DNA of 64,000 nt from positions 32,001 to 96,000 of the IMG/VR virus record IMGVR_UViG_3300023174_000048; one strand, given 5' to 3'. Below the pieces are notes generated by a model. That model was not told the origin of the DNA, did not search any database, and saw nothing but the letters and a program-made list of their open reading frames with translations. This DNA is from a virus (lineage: Duplodnaviria; Caudoviricetes). The position numbers and the translations under genes are program-made. Every line of letters begins with the position of its first letter. The stretch's first letter is position 1. Shown piece by piece: positions 27,257 through 37,375 of this stretch.

Positions 27257-28077
27257 ATATAAGATATCGGAATATTATTAATAGTAGAATAAAATAAAAA
27301 ATTAGATATTCTATTCCACGACGTTGCAAAATATACTCTATTAGAATTGGCTAAAATTAATATTTCTAGTAGAGACAACATTGCTCTTTCTTTTAAAATC
27401 TTTTGATCAGATATTCTTTGATTATGATATATGTGATTTCCTTGTGTATCTTCCATTGGTATATTTATACTAAGAGTTTTAGGATTGTTTATTAATTTTT
27501 GTTTAAGAGTATAACTATTAGAGCAAATAAATATATTATTGTTGTTATTATATATATTTATTATTTCATTTATTTTATTTTCATATAAATCAATATTATC
27601 ATCACAATCATTAGGTCTTAAATAAATAGAACTATAGTTAGAATAATTTAAGTTTTGATACATATTATGTATTTGTTTAGATAGCTTAATATTATTTTTT
27701 AGTGGTAAATTACCATATGTTAATCCTGACTGAGGGAAAATTTCAATTTGAAGATTATTAATATTATCTAAAAATAAATCCCACCAATGTAATCCTGGTT
27801 TCGATGCCCCATAGGATATATGTTTAATTTCAAACCCATTTATATTTTCTATTGGTTCATTTATGAATTCTACAGAATTGAATATTTTAAAATTATCTTC
27901 ATCAAAGAAATCAAAAAACTCAAAATTTTTATAGTACATGTTATTAGTAGTATTTATCTTTAAATCTACCTTATAGCCATTAGAAACAAGAATCTCTGTA
28001 TTGTGTAAATATTCTGATATTGCAACAATTGCATCTCCTAATCCAGAATTAAAAGTATGTTGAATGATAGCATTCAT
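27253..28077 (-). CDS. putative fucosyltransferase-like GT-B protein
   Basis: N-terminal SGLGD, IYLRPND, IFICSNS, ILANSNRVY...SNF. Confidence 0.55.
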   Translation of the reverse strand: MNAIIQHTFNSGLGDAIVAISEYLHNTEILVSNGYKVDLKINTTNNMYYKNFEFFDFFDEDNFKIFNSVEFINEPIENINGFEIKHISYGASKPGLHWWDLFLDNINNLQIEIFPQSGLTYGNLPLKNNIKLSKQIHNMYQNLNYSNYSSIYLRPNDCDDNIDLYENKINEIINIYNNNNNIFICSNSYTLKQKLINNPKTLSINIPMEDTQGNHIYHNQRISDQKILKERAMLSLLEILILANSNRVYFATSWNRISNFLFYSTINNIPISYI

Positions 28078-28973
28078 TATTCAATTAAATTCCTATCATC
28101 TTTAAAAAGCAAACAATTATTAAATGATCCTTTTATCATTGGAATAATAGTTGTTAAGTTGCCAGGATACCCAACAAAATATTCAGACTCAGCAGCCAAA
28201 GATACCATTGCTAAAATTTGTTGAAGATATTGAATTTTAGATATTTGATACTTATTCATAAACTCTTCATTTGATATCATATATAGTCTTTCATGAAAGC
28301 CACTACTATTAGATGACATGGGTATACTATTTAAGTATTTGATTCTATTGTCATTAATCTGTTGAAAGTCTGAGACTACTGTTGGATCATCTGTTTGTAG
28401 ATAAATATTTTGTATGTTTGAATAATTATTTATTTCTGATAGATATCTATCTGCAGACGGTAATTGTGTCTCATTAAATTTATCTGTTTTTCTAGCCCAT
28501 ATAAAAGCAGTATTATGAGATTGCATATAATTTATATTTTTAATAAAATCTTTTATACCCATAATAGCATTATTACTTTCAAAATAATGATAGTATAGTT
28601 TTTGTAGAATTGACATTACTTTTTCTAAATCTTCTTTATAAAATATGTTCCATCCTCGTGATAGTCCATGAGAAGTTGGGTGAACAGTATTCATAAAAAA
28701 CTCTGCTTCTGATAATGTCAATAATTCATTGTTAGAGGATATGTCTTTTTTTATAAATAAATCATTATAAAAATTATAATTATTATCATATTCAGCTAAA
28801 TAAAAGTCAATATTTTGAACATTATAGCCTAAGCTTTTAATTTTACAGACACCGAACATTCCAACAGTAATATTAGAAAATAAACCATATTGTCTATTTA
28901 AAATAAAAGTAGACCTATCAATATCAAAAGATAAATTACCTCCCCAAAGATCTAATGGGATAATATTAGACAT
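28077..28973 (-). CDS. putative alpha-1,6-fucosyltransferase-like protein (GT23/NodZ)
   Basis: WARKTDKFNE, IYLQTDDP, AAESEYFVG. Confidence 0.6.
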   Translation of the reverse strand: MSNIIPLDLWGGNLSFDIDRSTFILNRQYGLFSNITVGMFGVCKIKSLGYNVQNIDFYLAEYDNNYNFYNDLFIKKDISSNNELLTLSEAEFFMNTVHPTSHGLSRGWNIFYKEDLEKVMSILQKLYYHYFESNNAIMGIKDFIKNINYMQSHNTAFIWARKTDKFNETQLPSADRYLSEINNYSNIQNIYLQTDDPTVVSDFQQINDNRIKYLNSIPMSSNSSGFHERLYMISNEEFMNKYQISKIQYLQQILAMVSLAAESEYFVGYPGNLTTIIPMIKGSFNNCLLFKDDRNLIE

Positions 28974-28974
28974 A

Positions 28975-30264
28975 TTATAAATTTCCAGTTATTGGATCGG
29001 CCCATTCTTTACTAATACTATGAGGCCAAACTATCCAACTAGATGGTTTTTTTTCTGTTTGAAACTCTCTCCAAACTTTACAATATCCATCAGGATCATT
29101 TTTCATGCTTAGAATTTCATCTTTATCAGCATCTTGTCTATAAAGATCATTTCCATTTTCATCCTTAAAAGCGACAGCCCAAAAATCATAGTCTTTTTCA
29201 GGAACTTGATCATATCCTATATCAATACAGTGTTTAAAAATACTCATTAAAGATTTATTAAAATCTTCATCAGAAGAATTTTGCATAACGTCTGGTGGTG
29301 GCTTATGATCTTGAACCTGTTTTGTTATGGCTCGTTTACCAAAACATAGTCCACTATATTTTTCATAGTCTCTAAGAGTCCTTTCCGAACCAAAACCATA
29401 TTTACCAAAATCAATATCTCTTTTTTCTCCATCCATTTCGAAGAGTTTTCGATTTTTTAGATGGCAGTAGTCGTTACGTTTTGCCCACTCCTTATCATCG
29501 TCCCACTGCTTAGTGCGTCCTTTTCTGGTATATTCATGCCAGCAAACTACTTTATGAGGATGGAATATATCATATCCATGAGTATATGCTCTTACAGCAA
29601 TACTAATTTCTTCACCATGAAAATAATACTCAGGATCATGTTGAACTTCTGCTGCAAATTCCCCAACAGTAAATGCAAAATGAGCACTATAAAATCGTCC
29701 AGGAAGAGGTTTATCTTTTGGATCCCAAGAATCAAATGATGCAGGAAGAAAAAATACGGCCCCTTCTGGTATAAAACGATCAAAATTCATTTTCCATGGT
29801 TCATTAATTCTGGCACCAGGATCATTATCAGGATCAAAGCTAGGAATATATCCTGTTAATAATGGTTTTTTATATCCATGCTTTTGGAGTTCCTTAACCA
29901 TATTAATCAGTTCAGTATCCCAATTCTTAACAAATCTATGATGACTATCTAATTGAAGAGTATATTTTTCTCCATCATATAGTTGTTGAACTGAATTTCT
30001 TGCCCAACAAACCCCTTTACTATTTAGATAGTTAATATCTAATATTCTAAATCTTGAATCATCTTTAAATTCATCCAGCTTGTCCCACTCGTCTTTATCA
30101 GAGTGTTGCCAGCATATACCAACCCTAAGATTCTCAGGATGCTCAGCTTTATCTATCATATCTTTTAGAGTTGGTAATAATTGAGGATCTCTATAAGATG
30201 CTATCTGAATAAAGATTGTGTTTTTACGATCTTTTTTAATTTTCTCTTCTTTCGCTGGCTTCAT
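28975..30264 (-). CDS. GT60-like polypeptide alpha-GlcNAc transferase (Skp1 Gnt1/OGNT family)
   Basis: TIFIQIASYRD, HPENLRVGICWQ, GVCWAR, YTLQLDSH.RF..NWD, FYSAHFAF, GEEISIAVRAYTHGYDIFHP. Confidence 0.8.
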   Translation of the reverse strand: MKPAKEEKIKKDRKNTIFIQIASYRDPQLLPTLKDMIDKAEHPENLRVGICWQHSDKDEWDKLDEFKDDSRFRILDINYLNSKGVCWARNSVQQLYDGEKYTLQLDSHHRFVKNWDTELINMVKELQKHGYKKPLLTGYIPSFDPDNDPGARINEPWKMNFDRFIPEGAVFFLPASFDSWDPKDKPLPGRFYSAHFAFTVGEFAAEVQHDPEYYFHGEEISIAVRAYTHGYDIFHPHKVVCWHEYTRKGRTKQWDDDKEWAKRNDYCHLKNRKLFEMDGEKRDIDFGKYGFGSERTLRDYEKYSGLCFGKRAITKQVQDHKPPPDVMQNSSDEDFNKSLMSIFKHCIDIGYDQVPEKDYDFWAVAFKDENGNDLYRQDADKDEILSMKNDPDGYCKVWREFQTEKKPSSWIVWPHSISKEWADPITGNL

Positions 30265-31888
30265 AAAAATGAACTCTATTATGGGTTATGGGACTACGTA
30301 ATAATATTGCTGGATTAATTTTTTTCTCTTTAGTTAATGTATAAATATGGCTCATCCATGTTTGTTCAAATGGATTATCCCATTTTGTATCTAAAAACAG
30401 TTTTTGATTACCTTCTTGATCTATAATATGGGGCCAATTACAATAGTAAACCTCTCCTTCAGCATATGGTGTGCCATTATAGTTTTTTATACATGTGAAA
30501 TTAGTTGGTGGTTTTTTATTTATATTACCAAAGTATTTGATTTTCTTTTCAGATGGAACATTATGCCAGCTCCATTGATCACTATTATTTCCATAAAACT
30601 CACTAAAGCTAAATTTTAAAAAATCATAGTGTTCATTATCCATAATTTTTATACAGGTATTGAAAAGATTGCTGGCATTTTTTTGAAAACCAAATAAACA
30701 GTTACCTTCATAATCTAATAACATATCATCTTCAAAAAATATCATATATTTAGAACCAGAGTCGGCAAAATGCTCTGCTGAAATTTGTCTAGAGCGACAT
30801 ATCCCTTTATTCCCATGCCTTATCTCTTCAAAGCTATATTTTTTAGTGATTTCATCATATTTAGCAAATAGCTCTTCTTTAGTTGTGTTGTTTAATAATA
30901 CTTTTCTGGTTTTGTTTAAAAAGTTTTGGTCATATTTTTCAAAACTATTAAGAACCATCTGCAGTTGTTCTGGAGAATTAAAAGCATTTATATATAAAAT
31001 AATATCATTATTTGTGTATTTTTTTCTTTGTGGTTTGCCAATATCTTGCACCAATGTTATGTTATTTTTAACTTTTTCAAAAAAAGTAGATATTAAACCA
31101 TTATCCTCTATCATTTCATATTTAAATATATCTGGTTCGAGATAGGTCATAATGGTAAAAATACTCTCCTCAGTACCCATATTACCAGATCTAAGACTAT
31201 CATTTAATATAGAATAGTAGAGTTCGTTTGCTTTTGATATGTAGTCTATATGTCCACCAAAGAAACCTCCACGAGCAACTCTATTTACAGTATTGCTATT
31301 AGAAAATTCTCTCATTTTTTGAATACTAAAGCCATGAACTTCTGAGTTTGTTTCGTATGGAAAACAGACGAATAAGAATTTATCAGTAATGTTTTGTACT
31401 TTTTCAATTACTTTATCATGACTAAAGTAGCCAGGATGAACAGTATTGGTTATTCCACCATCTAACCAAAACATATATTCTGTATTAAATGGATTGGAGC
31501 ATTTAGCGTTATGCAAAAGGAACATTTTGCTCATAACCATAGGATTATAGTATTCCATTGATCCTTGAGCACTATCCTTAAGCCATCCAACTTGAGTATA
31601 CCAGTCTGAATCATTTCTTATCTTTTGAATTTCATCAAAGAATGGGAAGAAAGACCCTTTAAATTGATCTTTAGTATGATGATATACCTTTGTATTCTCT
31701 GGTTTCCTATGCTTCCATACTAAGTGTTCGTGCTTTGGGTCTATGAATACTATTAGTGGTATGTCTAATGTATTTTTTAACAGAAGAGTGAAATTCTCTA
31801 TATAATGATCGAATGTTCTATTCCAACCATCGGATAAACTATCTCTACCAAGATCCCATATGCCTGTAACGATAGTAGAGTTTATCAT
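30236..31888 (-). CDS. two-domain glycosyltransferase: HtrL/WlaTC-like plus GT-A
   Basis: TIVTGIWDLGR, YNPMVMSKMFLL, FWLDGG, GGFFGG, GTEESIFT; C-domain GICRSRQ...FFEDD. ATG 31888 preferred. Confidence 0.7.
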   Translation of the reverse strand: MINSTIVTGIWDLGRDSLSDGWNRTFDHYIENFTLLLKNTLDIPLIVFIDPKHEHLVWKHRKPENTKVYHHTKDQFKGSFFPFFDEIQKIRNDSDWYTQVGWLKDSAQGSMEYYNPMVMSKMFLLHNAKCSNPFNTEYMFWLDGGITNTVHPGYFSHDKVIEKVQNITDKFLFVCFPYETNSEVHGFSIQKMREFSNSNTVNRVARGGFFGGHIDYISKANELYYSILNDSLRSGNMGTEESIFTIMTYLEPDIFKYEMIEDNGLISTFFEKVKNNITLVQDIGKPQRKKYTNNDIILYINAFNSPEQLQMVLNSFEKYDQNFLNKTRKVLLNNTTKEELFAKYDEITKKYSFEEIRHGNKGICRSRQISAEHFADSGSKYMIFFEDDMLLDYEGNCLFGFQKNASNLFNTCIKIMDNEHYDFLKFSFSEFYGNNSDQWSWHNVPSEKKIKYFGNINKKPPTNFTCIKNYNGTPYAEGEVYYCNWPHIIDQEGNQKLFLDTKWDNPFEQTWMSHIYTLTKEKKINPAILLRSPITHNRVHFYEASERREN

Positions 31889-31983
31889 AGTTAAGTATGT
31901 ATTATAGTATATCCACCCGCTCTGCATAATATATAATCATAAATCGTAGTATGGTCAAGGCCAAAAAATCTTATCATGGTCGG

Positions 31984-32011
31984 TTGACATTCATTGACCT
32001 CGACCTATAAT
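31984..32011 (+). promoter_or_regulatory. sigma70-type promoter, 16-bp spacer
   Basis: TTGACA (31984-31989), 16 nt, TATAAT (32006-32011). Confidence 0.8.
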
Positions 32012-32033
32012 ACAATGGTATGGGTCAATTTAC

Positions 32034-32237
32034 TTGAGAGATGAAATGAGAAATTTAGACGAGGATAGTGAAAAAAGGCCAGAGAGAAGGCAGAAAGTTA
32101 AGAAACAGCACATCAAAAGGAATATGCTGGATGATGAGCTGATTAATAAAAACAATGCCAAAAAAGAAATAAAGAAACTCAAAGAGAGTTTCGATGATGA
32201 AGAATGGGAAAATTGGGATAGATTTTACAACCATTAA
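32034..32237 (+). CDS. small charged hypothetical protein
   Basis: First ORF after the promoter; ATG 32046 is a likely start. Confidence 0.65.
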   Translation: MRDEMRNLDEDSEKRPERRQKVKKQHIKRNMLDDELINKNNAKKEIKKLKESFDDEEWENWDRFYNH

Positions 32238-32241
32238 TTAT

Positions 32242-32493
32242 ATGAAATATTTAGAGGAAATATCTATCGGTGAATGCTTTACTCTTTCTGGTAAGTATTT
32301 TATTTTAACAGCAGACTTTAAGAGAAATGGTGATAAATTAGCGGTATGTTTATCTGATGGATTATCAAAATGGGTCAAATCTAATGATATGATTGATCCA
32401 ATTGATGTATTCACGCTAGATAAAGATAATAATATTATAGCAATGAAAGAAAGAATAAAAGATGTTGCTAATTCGACTACAGACATTTCTTAA
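32242..32493 (+). CDS. hypothetical protein
   Basis: MKYLEEISIGECF...; ATG follows the upstream stop. Confidence 0.65.
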   Translation: MKYLEEISIGECFTLSGKYFILTADFKRNGDKLAVCLSDGLSKWVKSNDMIDPIDVFTLDKDNNIIAMKERIKDVANSTTDIS

Positions 32494-32716
32494 GTCTTTA
32501 TTTTTCCATGTATGGCATGGTTTTCCCAAGACCACTCAATCTGAAATTTTAGACAGATACTCTATATGTATGGATTGTTCTGATTTTAATAAAGAAAGAT
32601 CAGAATGTAACATATGTGGTTGTGCTATTAGCAAGAAAAGTAAGTTTTTAAATAAACTTGCTTGGGCAGATCAAGAATGTCCGGCTGGTAAGTGGCCAAA
32701 AATAACTAGAGGATAA
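32462..32716 (+). CDS. small Cys-rich protein
   Basis: RYSICMDC...CNICGC...CPAGKW. Confidence 0.7.
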   Translation: MLLIRLQTFLKSLFFHVWHGFPKTTQSEILDRYSICMDCSDFNKERSECNICGCAISKKSKFLNKLAWADQECPAGKWPKITRG

Positions 32717-32717
32717 A

Positions 32718-33290
32718 ATGGTAATTAAAACAATAAATAAAAAAAATAGTCCTACTAATATAGTTTATTCCAATCATGATCTATTTGAAATGGTCAGAGA
32801 CAGAGTAACAGCAGGAAACGAAGGAGCAACAATATTTGTTCCTCATGTTTGTAATAATATTGATTTGTTTGGGGCCGGATTTGCTGCTCAGGTGGCTACA
32901 AAATATCCTATAGTTAAAGAAAATTATCATTTACTTGGTAAAAGTTTTTTAAAAACTAATCTTGGATATTCCCAAATTGTTAAAGTATATGAGAATGATA
33001 AATTTAGACACAAACTATGTTTTGTTAATATGATAGGCCAAAATGGAATTAAGAGTGGTACAAACATTAGACCATTAAATTACTTGGCGCTAGTAAAATC
33101 TATGAATTCTTTATCCCAACATATTCATACTAATACAGGTTTCTTAAATAAGAGCGAGAAAATTGAGATCCATTGTCCTAAGTTCGGAAGCGGACTTGCT
33201 GGAGGAAATTGGGATTTCATAACAGACCTTATAGAAGATATCTGGGGCAAGTTTTTTGTAACAGTATATAATTATCCTCCTAAAAAATAA
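32718..33290 (+). CDS. macro-domain protein (Poa1p/DarG-like)
   Basis: HVCNN...GAGFAAQVATKYP, VNMIGQ, IHCPKFGSGLAGGNW. Confidence 0.75.
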   Translation: MVIKTINKKNSPTNIVYSNHDLFEMVRDRVTAGNEGATIFVPHVCNNIDLFGAGFAAQVATKYPIVKENYHLLGKSFLKTNLGYSQIVKVYENDKFRHKLCFVNMIGQNGIKSGTNIRPLNYLALVKSMNSLSQHIHTNTGFLNKSEKIEIHCPKFGSGLAGGNWDFITDLIEDIWGKFFVTVYNYPPKK

Positions 33291-33294
33291 GTTT

Positions 33295-33942
33295 ATGAAA
33301 AAGATCATTAGCTTTAGTTTATGGGGAGACAATAAAAAATATACGTTTGGAGCTATTCGTAATGCAGAATTATTGCATCAAATATATCCTGGATGGGAAG
33401 CGTATTTTTTTCTAGGATCATCTGTTCCAGAGACTATTTGGAAAAATCTATTACTAATTCCAAATATAACAGTATTTTATAAGGACTCTCCTGGAGATTG
33501 GAGTTCCATGTTCTGGAGATTTGAAACGTCCTATGATCCTATGGTTGATGTTTCCATATTCAGAGATGCAGATTCTAGAATTTCTATGAGAGAAAAATAT
33601 GCTGTTGATGAGTGGCTATCATCAGATAAAACTTTTCATATAATGAGAGACCATCCTCACCATGGATTTCCTATTTTAGGAGGAATGTGGGGTTATAAGA
33701 AAAATGACAAATATGATATGAGAAAATTATTAACCTCTTTTGATAAAACGAACAGATATGGAACAGACTATGAGTTTTTTGGCAAAGTTTTATATCCAAT
33801 GATTGGCGAAGATAAAATAGTTCATGATCCTTTTTTTGACCAAAAACCCTTCCCAACAGAACGAATAGACAGAGAGTTCGTTGGAGATGTATTTGATGAA
33901 AAAGGTAATAGACATCCAGAATATTATAAATACATACCATGA
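33295..33942 (+). CDS. putative glycosyltransferase (GT-A-like)
   Basis: IISFSLWG, MFWRF, IFRDADSR, MRDHPHH, ILGGMWG. Confidence 0.6.
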   Translation: MKKIISFSLWGDNKKYTFGAIRNAELLHQIYPGWEAYFFLGSSVPETIWKNLLLIPNITVFYKDSPGDWSSMFWRFETSYDPMVDVSIFRDADSRISMREKYAVDEWLSSDKTFHIMRDHPHHGFPILGGMWGYKKNDKYDMRKLLTSFDKTNRYGTDYEFFGKVLYPMIGEDKIVHDPFFDQKPFPTERIDREFVGDVFDEKGNRHPEYYKYIP

Positions 33943-34718
33943 TTAAAAATTATGGATTTAATACTTTTGTAACTAAAAATTGGCTCCCTTTAGCAGAAGT
34001 ATTGGTTGATTCAATTGTATCTTTTAGTAAATACAAGATCACCATAAACTGCATAAATTTTGAACATGACTTTAATCATAATCAAGTTATTAGTAAAACC
34101 ATAAACATAGATAATCTTAATTTTTATTCTATATGTATGGCAAAATGGATGTCTCTATTAGATAATCCCTATGATATATGTGCAATACTAGATTCTGATA
34201 TGGTTGCTACTAAAGAAATAGATAATCTTTTCTATGAAAATGAAAATAAAATTAAAAATTCTAAATTCCCTTTATTAGCAAAACATCCCCATAATCCTTT
34301 TTCTAATCCTATGCATATTGAAAATCTAAAAAATTTATGTTCTTTCTTTTCTAAGAATAGTCCCAAAATGAACTGGGTATATGCATGTGGACTAGTATCT
34401 CAAGACCATAAACATTTTATATCAGAATTAGTGGATAATATTTCTGCATTCCATAAACGAGGAATACAAACCTATATAGAAGATGAAGGCATTTTGAATG
34501 CATTATTGACTAAATATGAAGTTTCTGAAGACTTAGGATATAATCATATTCCAAATTCTACTTTGATAAATGCATATATAAATAATGACATGACTGATAA
34601 AGATTTATATGAATCTTACTTAAAGAATAATTGTCCTGTCAAATTTTATCTGTTACACGGATGTAAAAATCCTACACTAGCAAAGTCACTACTACAACAA
34701 ATCAAAAATAAAACATGA
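33939..34718 (+). CDS. putative GT-A glycosyltransferase
   Basis: AKWMS...ILDSDMV (DxD), DEGILN. Confidence 0.6.
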   Translation: MIKNYGFNTFVTKNWLPLAEVLVDSIVSFSKYKITINCINFEHDFNHNQVISKTINIDNLNFYSICMAKWMSLLDNPYDICAILDSDMVATKEIDNLFYENENKIKNSKFPLLAKHPHNPFSNPMHIENLKNLCSFFSKNSPKMNWVYACGLVSQDHKHFISELVDNISAFHKRGIQTYIEDEGILNALLTKYEVSEDLGYNHIPNSTLINAYINNDMTDKDLYESYLKNNCPVKFYLLHGCKNPTLAKSLLQQIKNKT

Positions 34719-35374
34719 TTATTCATCATCATCTGGGACTAGGCGATCATTTTGTCTGTAATGGTTTAGTAAATTTTATTGCTAAACATAATACCGATTG
34801 TATAGATTTGATATGCAAAAAACATAATTTTCCAACAGTAGAATGTCTATACTCTGAAAATAATAAAATCAATGTGATTCCAATTGAGTATAATGGAAAT
34901 GAACTAGAAGCAGTGGATGAATATGCACTATCTCATAATAAAACAATTTTACGAATAGGATTTCAATATTGCGATTCAAATAATTGGGATAAATCTTTTT
35001 ATAAACAAGTCGGAATAGATTTTATAGAAAGATATAGATTTTTTAAATTACCCAGATCTAGATCAAACCCGTTTCTGCAGTCTCCTAGTCACAAATATAT
35101 TTTTATTCATAACCAGAGTAGCGATGGACTATTTGATCTTGCTTTACAAAGTAATCTTCCAAAAATTTATGTTAAAAAAGAAGATACCAACAATCTATTA
35201 TCCTATATTCATTTAATACAAAATGCTGAAGAAATTCATTGTATTAATAGTTCATTATTCCATCTTATAGACAGTATACCAAATATAACAAACAATTTAT
35301 ATTATCACAATGTAAGAAAACATCCTTGCCATTTTCAAGTATCACCCAAATGGAACATAGTAGAATATGTCTGA
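34715..35374 (+). CDS. putative GT9-like glycosyltransferase
   Basis: HHHLGLGDHFVCNGLV; LIQNAEEIHCINSS. Confidence 0.55.
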   Translation: MIIHHHLGLGDHFVCNGLVNFIAKHNTDCIDLICKKHNFPTVECLYSENNKINVIPIEYNGNELEAVDEYALSHNKTILRIGFQYCDSNNWDKSFYKQVGIDFIERYRFFKLPRSRSNPFLQSPSHKYIFIHNQSSDGLFDLALQSNLPKIYVKKEDTNNLLSYIHLIQNAEEIHCINSSLFHLIDSIPNITNNLYYHNVRKHPCHFQVSPKWNIVEYV

Positions 35375-35750
35375 GAGAATACCAACTTCTAATGGAGAAA
35401 TATTAGATAAATTTTCTATACTAGAATTAAAATATAATAAAATTTTAGATCCAAATAAAATAAATAATATAAAAAATGAATTATCTTATTTAAAAGATAT
35501 TTCTTATAATATTATTAAAAGTTATAATATAGTTAATCTTTATAATGAATTAAAACAAGTTAATGAGCGATTATGGAATATAGAAGATAATATTAGAATC
35601 AAAGAAAATAAACAAGAATTTGATAATGAATTTATAGAATTAGCTAGAAATGTATACAAAACTAATGATCAACGAGCAAATATAAAAAAACTTATAAATG
35701 AAATATCGGATTCAGAGATCGTAGAAGAAAAATCCTATGAAAAATATTGA
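35367..35750 (+). CDS. helical protein typical of phage glycan clusters (DUF6165-like)
   Basis: S.GEILDK.SILELK, VNERLWNIED.IR, LARNVYKTNDQR, EEKSY. Confidence 0.65.
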   Translation: MSERIPTSNGEILDKFSILELKYNKILDPNKINNIKNELSYLKDISYNIIKSYNIVNLYNELKQVNERLWNIEDNIRIKENKQEFDNEFIELARNVYKTNDQRANIKKLINEISDSEIVEEKSYEKY

Positions 35751-36525
35751 TTATATAGAATTAAATAAATTATCTCATCTTCATGATGAACAAAATATCT
35801 TTTTTTGTAAGACAGATTATATCTTAGAAGATTTTGAAACAATACGAAACATAAATCATCCGGTCACTTTAATCACGGGAAACTCTGATTATGCAATTAT
35901 AGATGATATAGTTTCTTTGGCTCCTAAGAATATCATTGATTGGTATGCACAGAACGCAGTTTCCAAGTCTAAAATTCTACATCCTCTACCAATAGGATTA
36001 GAAAATAAACTACCATCAGTTAGACAAGGACATGGTATAGGATATTTTGACAGAGCATCAGAGAAGGAGAATCTGCTAAATGAAAATAATATATCTAATT
36101 TAGATAGTAAATTTATTTATGCTAATTTTAATGTTAATACCAACTATAGTCATAGATCAATAGTTAAACAATATTGTATACAATCGTCTTTTATTGATTG
36201 GCAAGAACCTAATTTAACTCTGTCAGATTTTTTTAATACAATACGAGATTATAAGATGGTAGTTTGTCCAGCAGGAAATGGTATAGATACACACAGATTA
36301 TGGGAAGTTTTATATAGTAATAGGGTGCCAATTACCCTAGTTACTGGAGACTTTAAGATATATGAACTATATAAAAAATTACCAATAATTCTATTAAATC
36401 ATATTGATCAATTGCTTGATAAAAATTTTATAACACAAGAATATAATAGGTGTTTGTCTCAGAACTGGGATAAATCATTATTAGATGTAAACTCATGGAT
36501 TAAAATTATTCAAAATAAAGACTAA
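35737..36525 (+). CDS. exostosin-like (GT47-type) glycosyltransferase
   Basis: MVVCPAGNGIDTHRLWEVLYSNRVPI. Confidence 0.65.
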   Translation: MKNIDYIELNKLSHLHDEQNIFFCKTDYILEDFETIRNINHPVTLITGNSDYAIIDDIVSLAPKNIIDWYAQNAVSKSKILHPLPIGLENKLPSVRQGHGIGYFDRASEKENLLNENNISNLDSKFIYANFNVNTNYSHRSIVKQYCIQSSFIDWQEPNLTLSDFFNTIRDYKMVVCPAGNGIDTHRLWEVLYSNRVPITLVTGDFKIYELYKKLPIILLNHIDQLLDKNFITQEYNRCLSQNWDKSLLDVNSWIKIIQNKD

Positions 36526-36529
36526 CATT

Positions 36530-37375
36530 ATGAGTAAAAATATATTAATATTAGGTAATGGGTTTATTGGTAAGAACCTATACGCATATTTTGTTTCTAA
36601 ATATAATACAACTATTACTAGTAAAAAAGATATAGATATCACAAAAATCGAAACCGTTAGAAACTATCTGTCTGATAAAAATTTTGATTATGTTATTTAC
36701 TCTATCGGAATAAAAGATATTGCTGAATGTGAGAAATATCCAGATAAAGCATATGCTATTAACTCTAACGGTGTTGCTAATGTTATCAAATCTCTAAATA
36801 AAGATACCAAATTTATTTATATATCTACAGACTATGTATTTGATGGTAACGCAGGAGGATATTCAGAAAACTCTGTATCTCTACCGTCAACCACTTACGG
36901 ACAATCCAAACTAATAGGAGAACAACACTCACTCCAGCACAATAACTCTATTGTTGTTAGAACATCCGGAGTATATGGAGAAAATTGTCTTTGGCTTAAA
37001 AACTTATTAATTTCTTTGTCAGAGAAGAAAGAAACTGTATGTTTTTCTGATGTATATAATACTCCAACATATGCTATCAATTTAGCAGAAATGATTGACG
37101 ATATTATTAATATTAATTTTGTAGGAGTTATCCATTTAAGCGGGAATACAAGAAATAATAGATATGAACTATACTCATCTGTGGCTACTATATTTGAGAG
37201 GGATCTTTCTCTTTTGTCTAGCGGACTATCAGATGGAAAATTTCCTAAAGATATTTCATTAAATAATAATTTGTATAAACAAATAACTAAAAAAATACCA
37301 GATTCTGTAACTAGCGGACTAACAAGACTAAAAAATGAACATCAATATATTGATCCCGTCAACTTCATCAATTAA
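36530..37375 (+). CDS. rmlD: dTDP-4-dehydrorhamnose reductase
   Basis: ILILGNGFIG, YISTDYVFDG, YGQSK. Confidence 0.85.
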   Translation: MSKNILILGNGFIGKNLYAYFVSKYNTTITSKKDIDITKIETVRNYLSDKNFDYVIYSIGIKDIAECEKYPDKAYAINSNGVANVIKSLNKDTKFIYISTDYVFDGNAGGYSENSVSLPSTTYGQSKLIGEQHSLQHNNSIVVRTSGVYGENCLWLKNLLISLSEKKETVCFSDVYNTPTYAINLAEMIDDIININFVGVIHLSGNTRNNRYELYSSVATIFERDLSLLSSGLSDGKFPKDISLNNNLYKQITKKIPDSVTSGLTRLKNEHQYIDPVNFIN

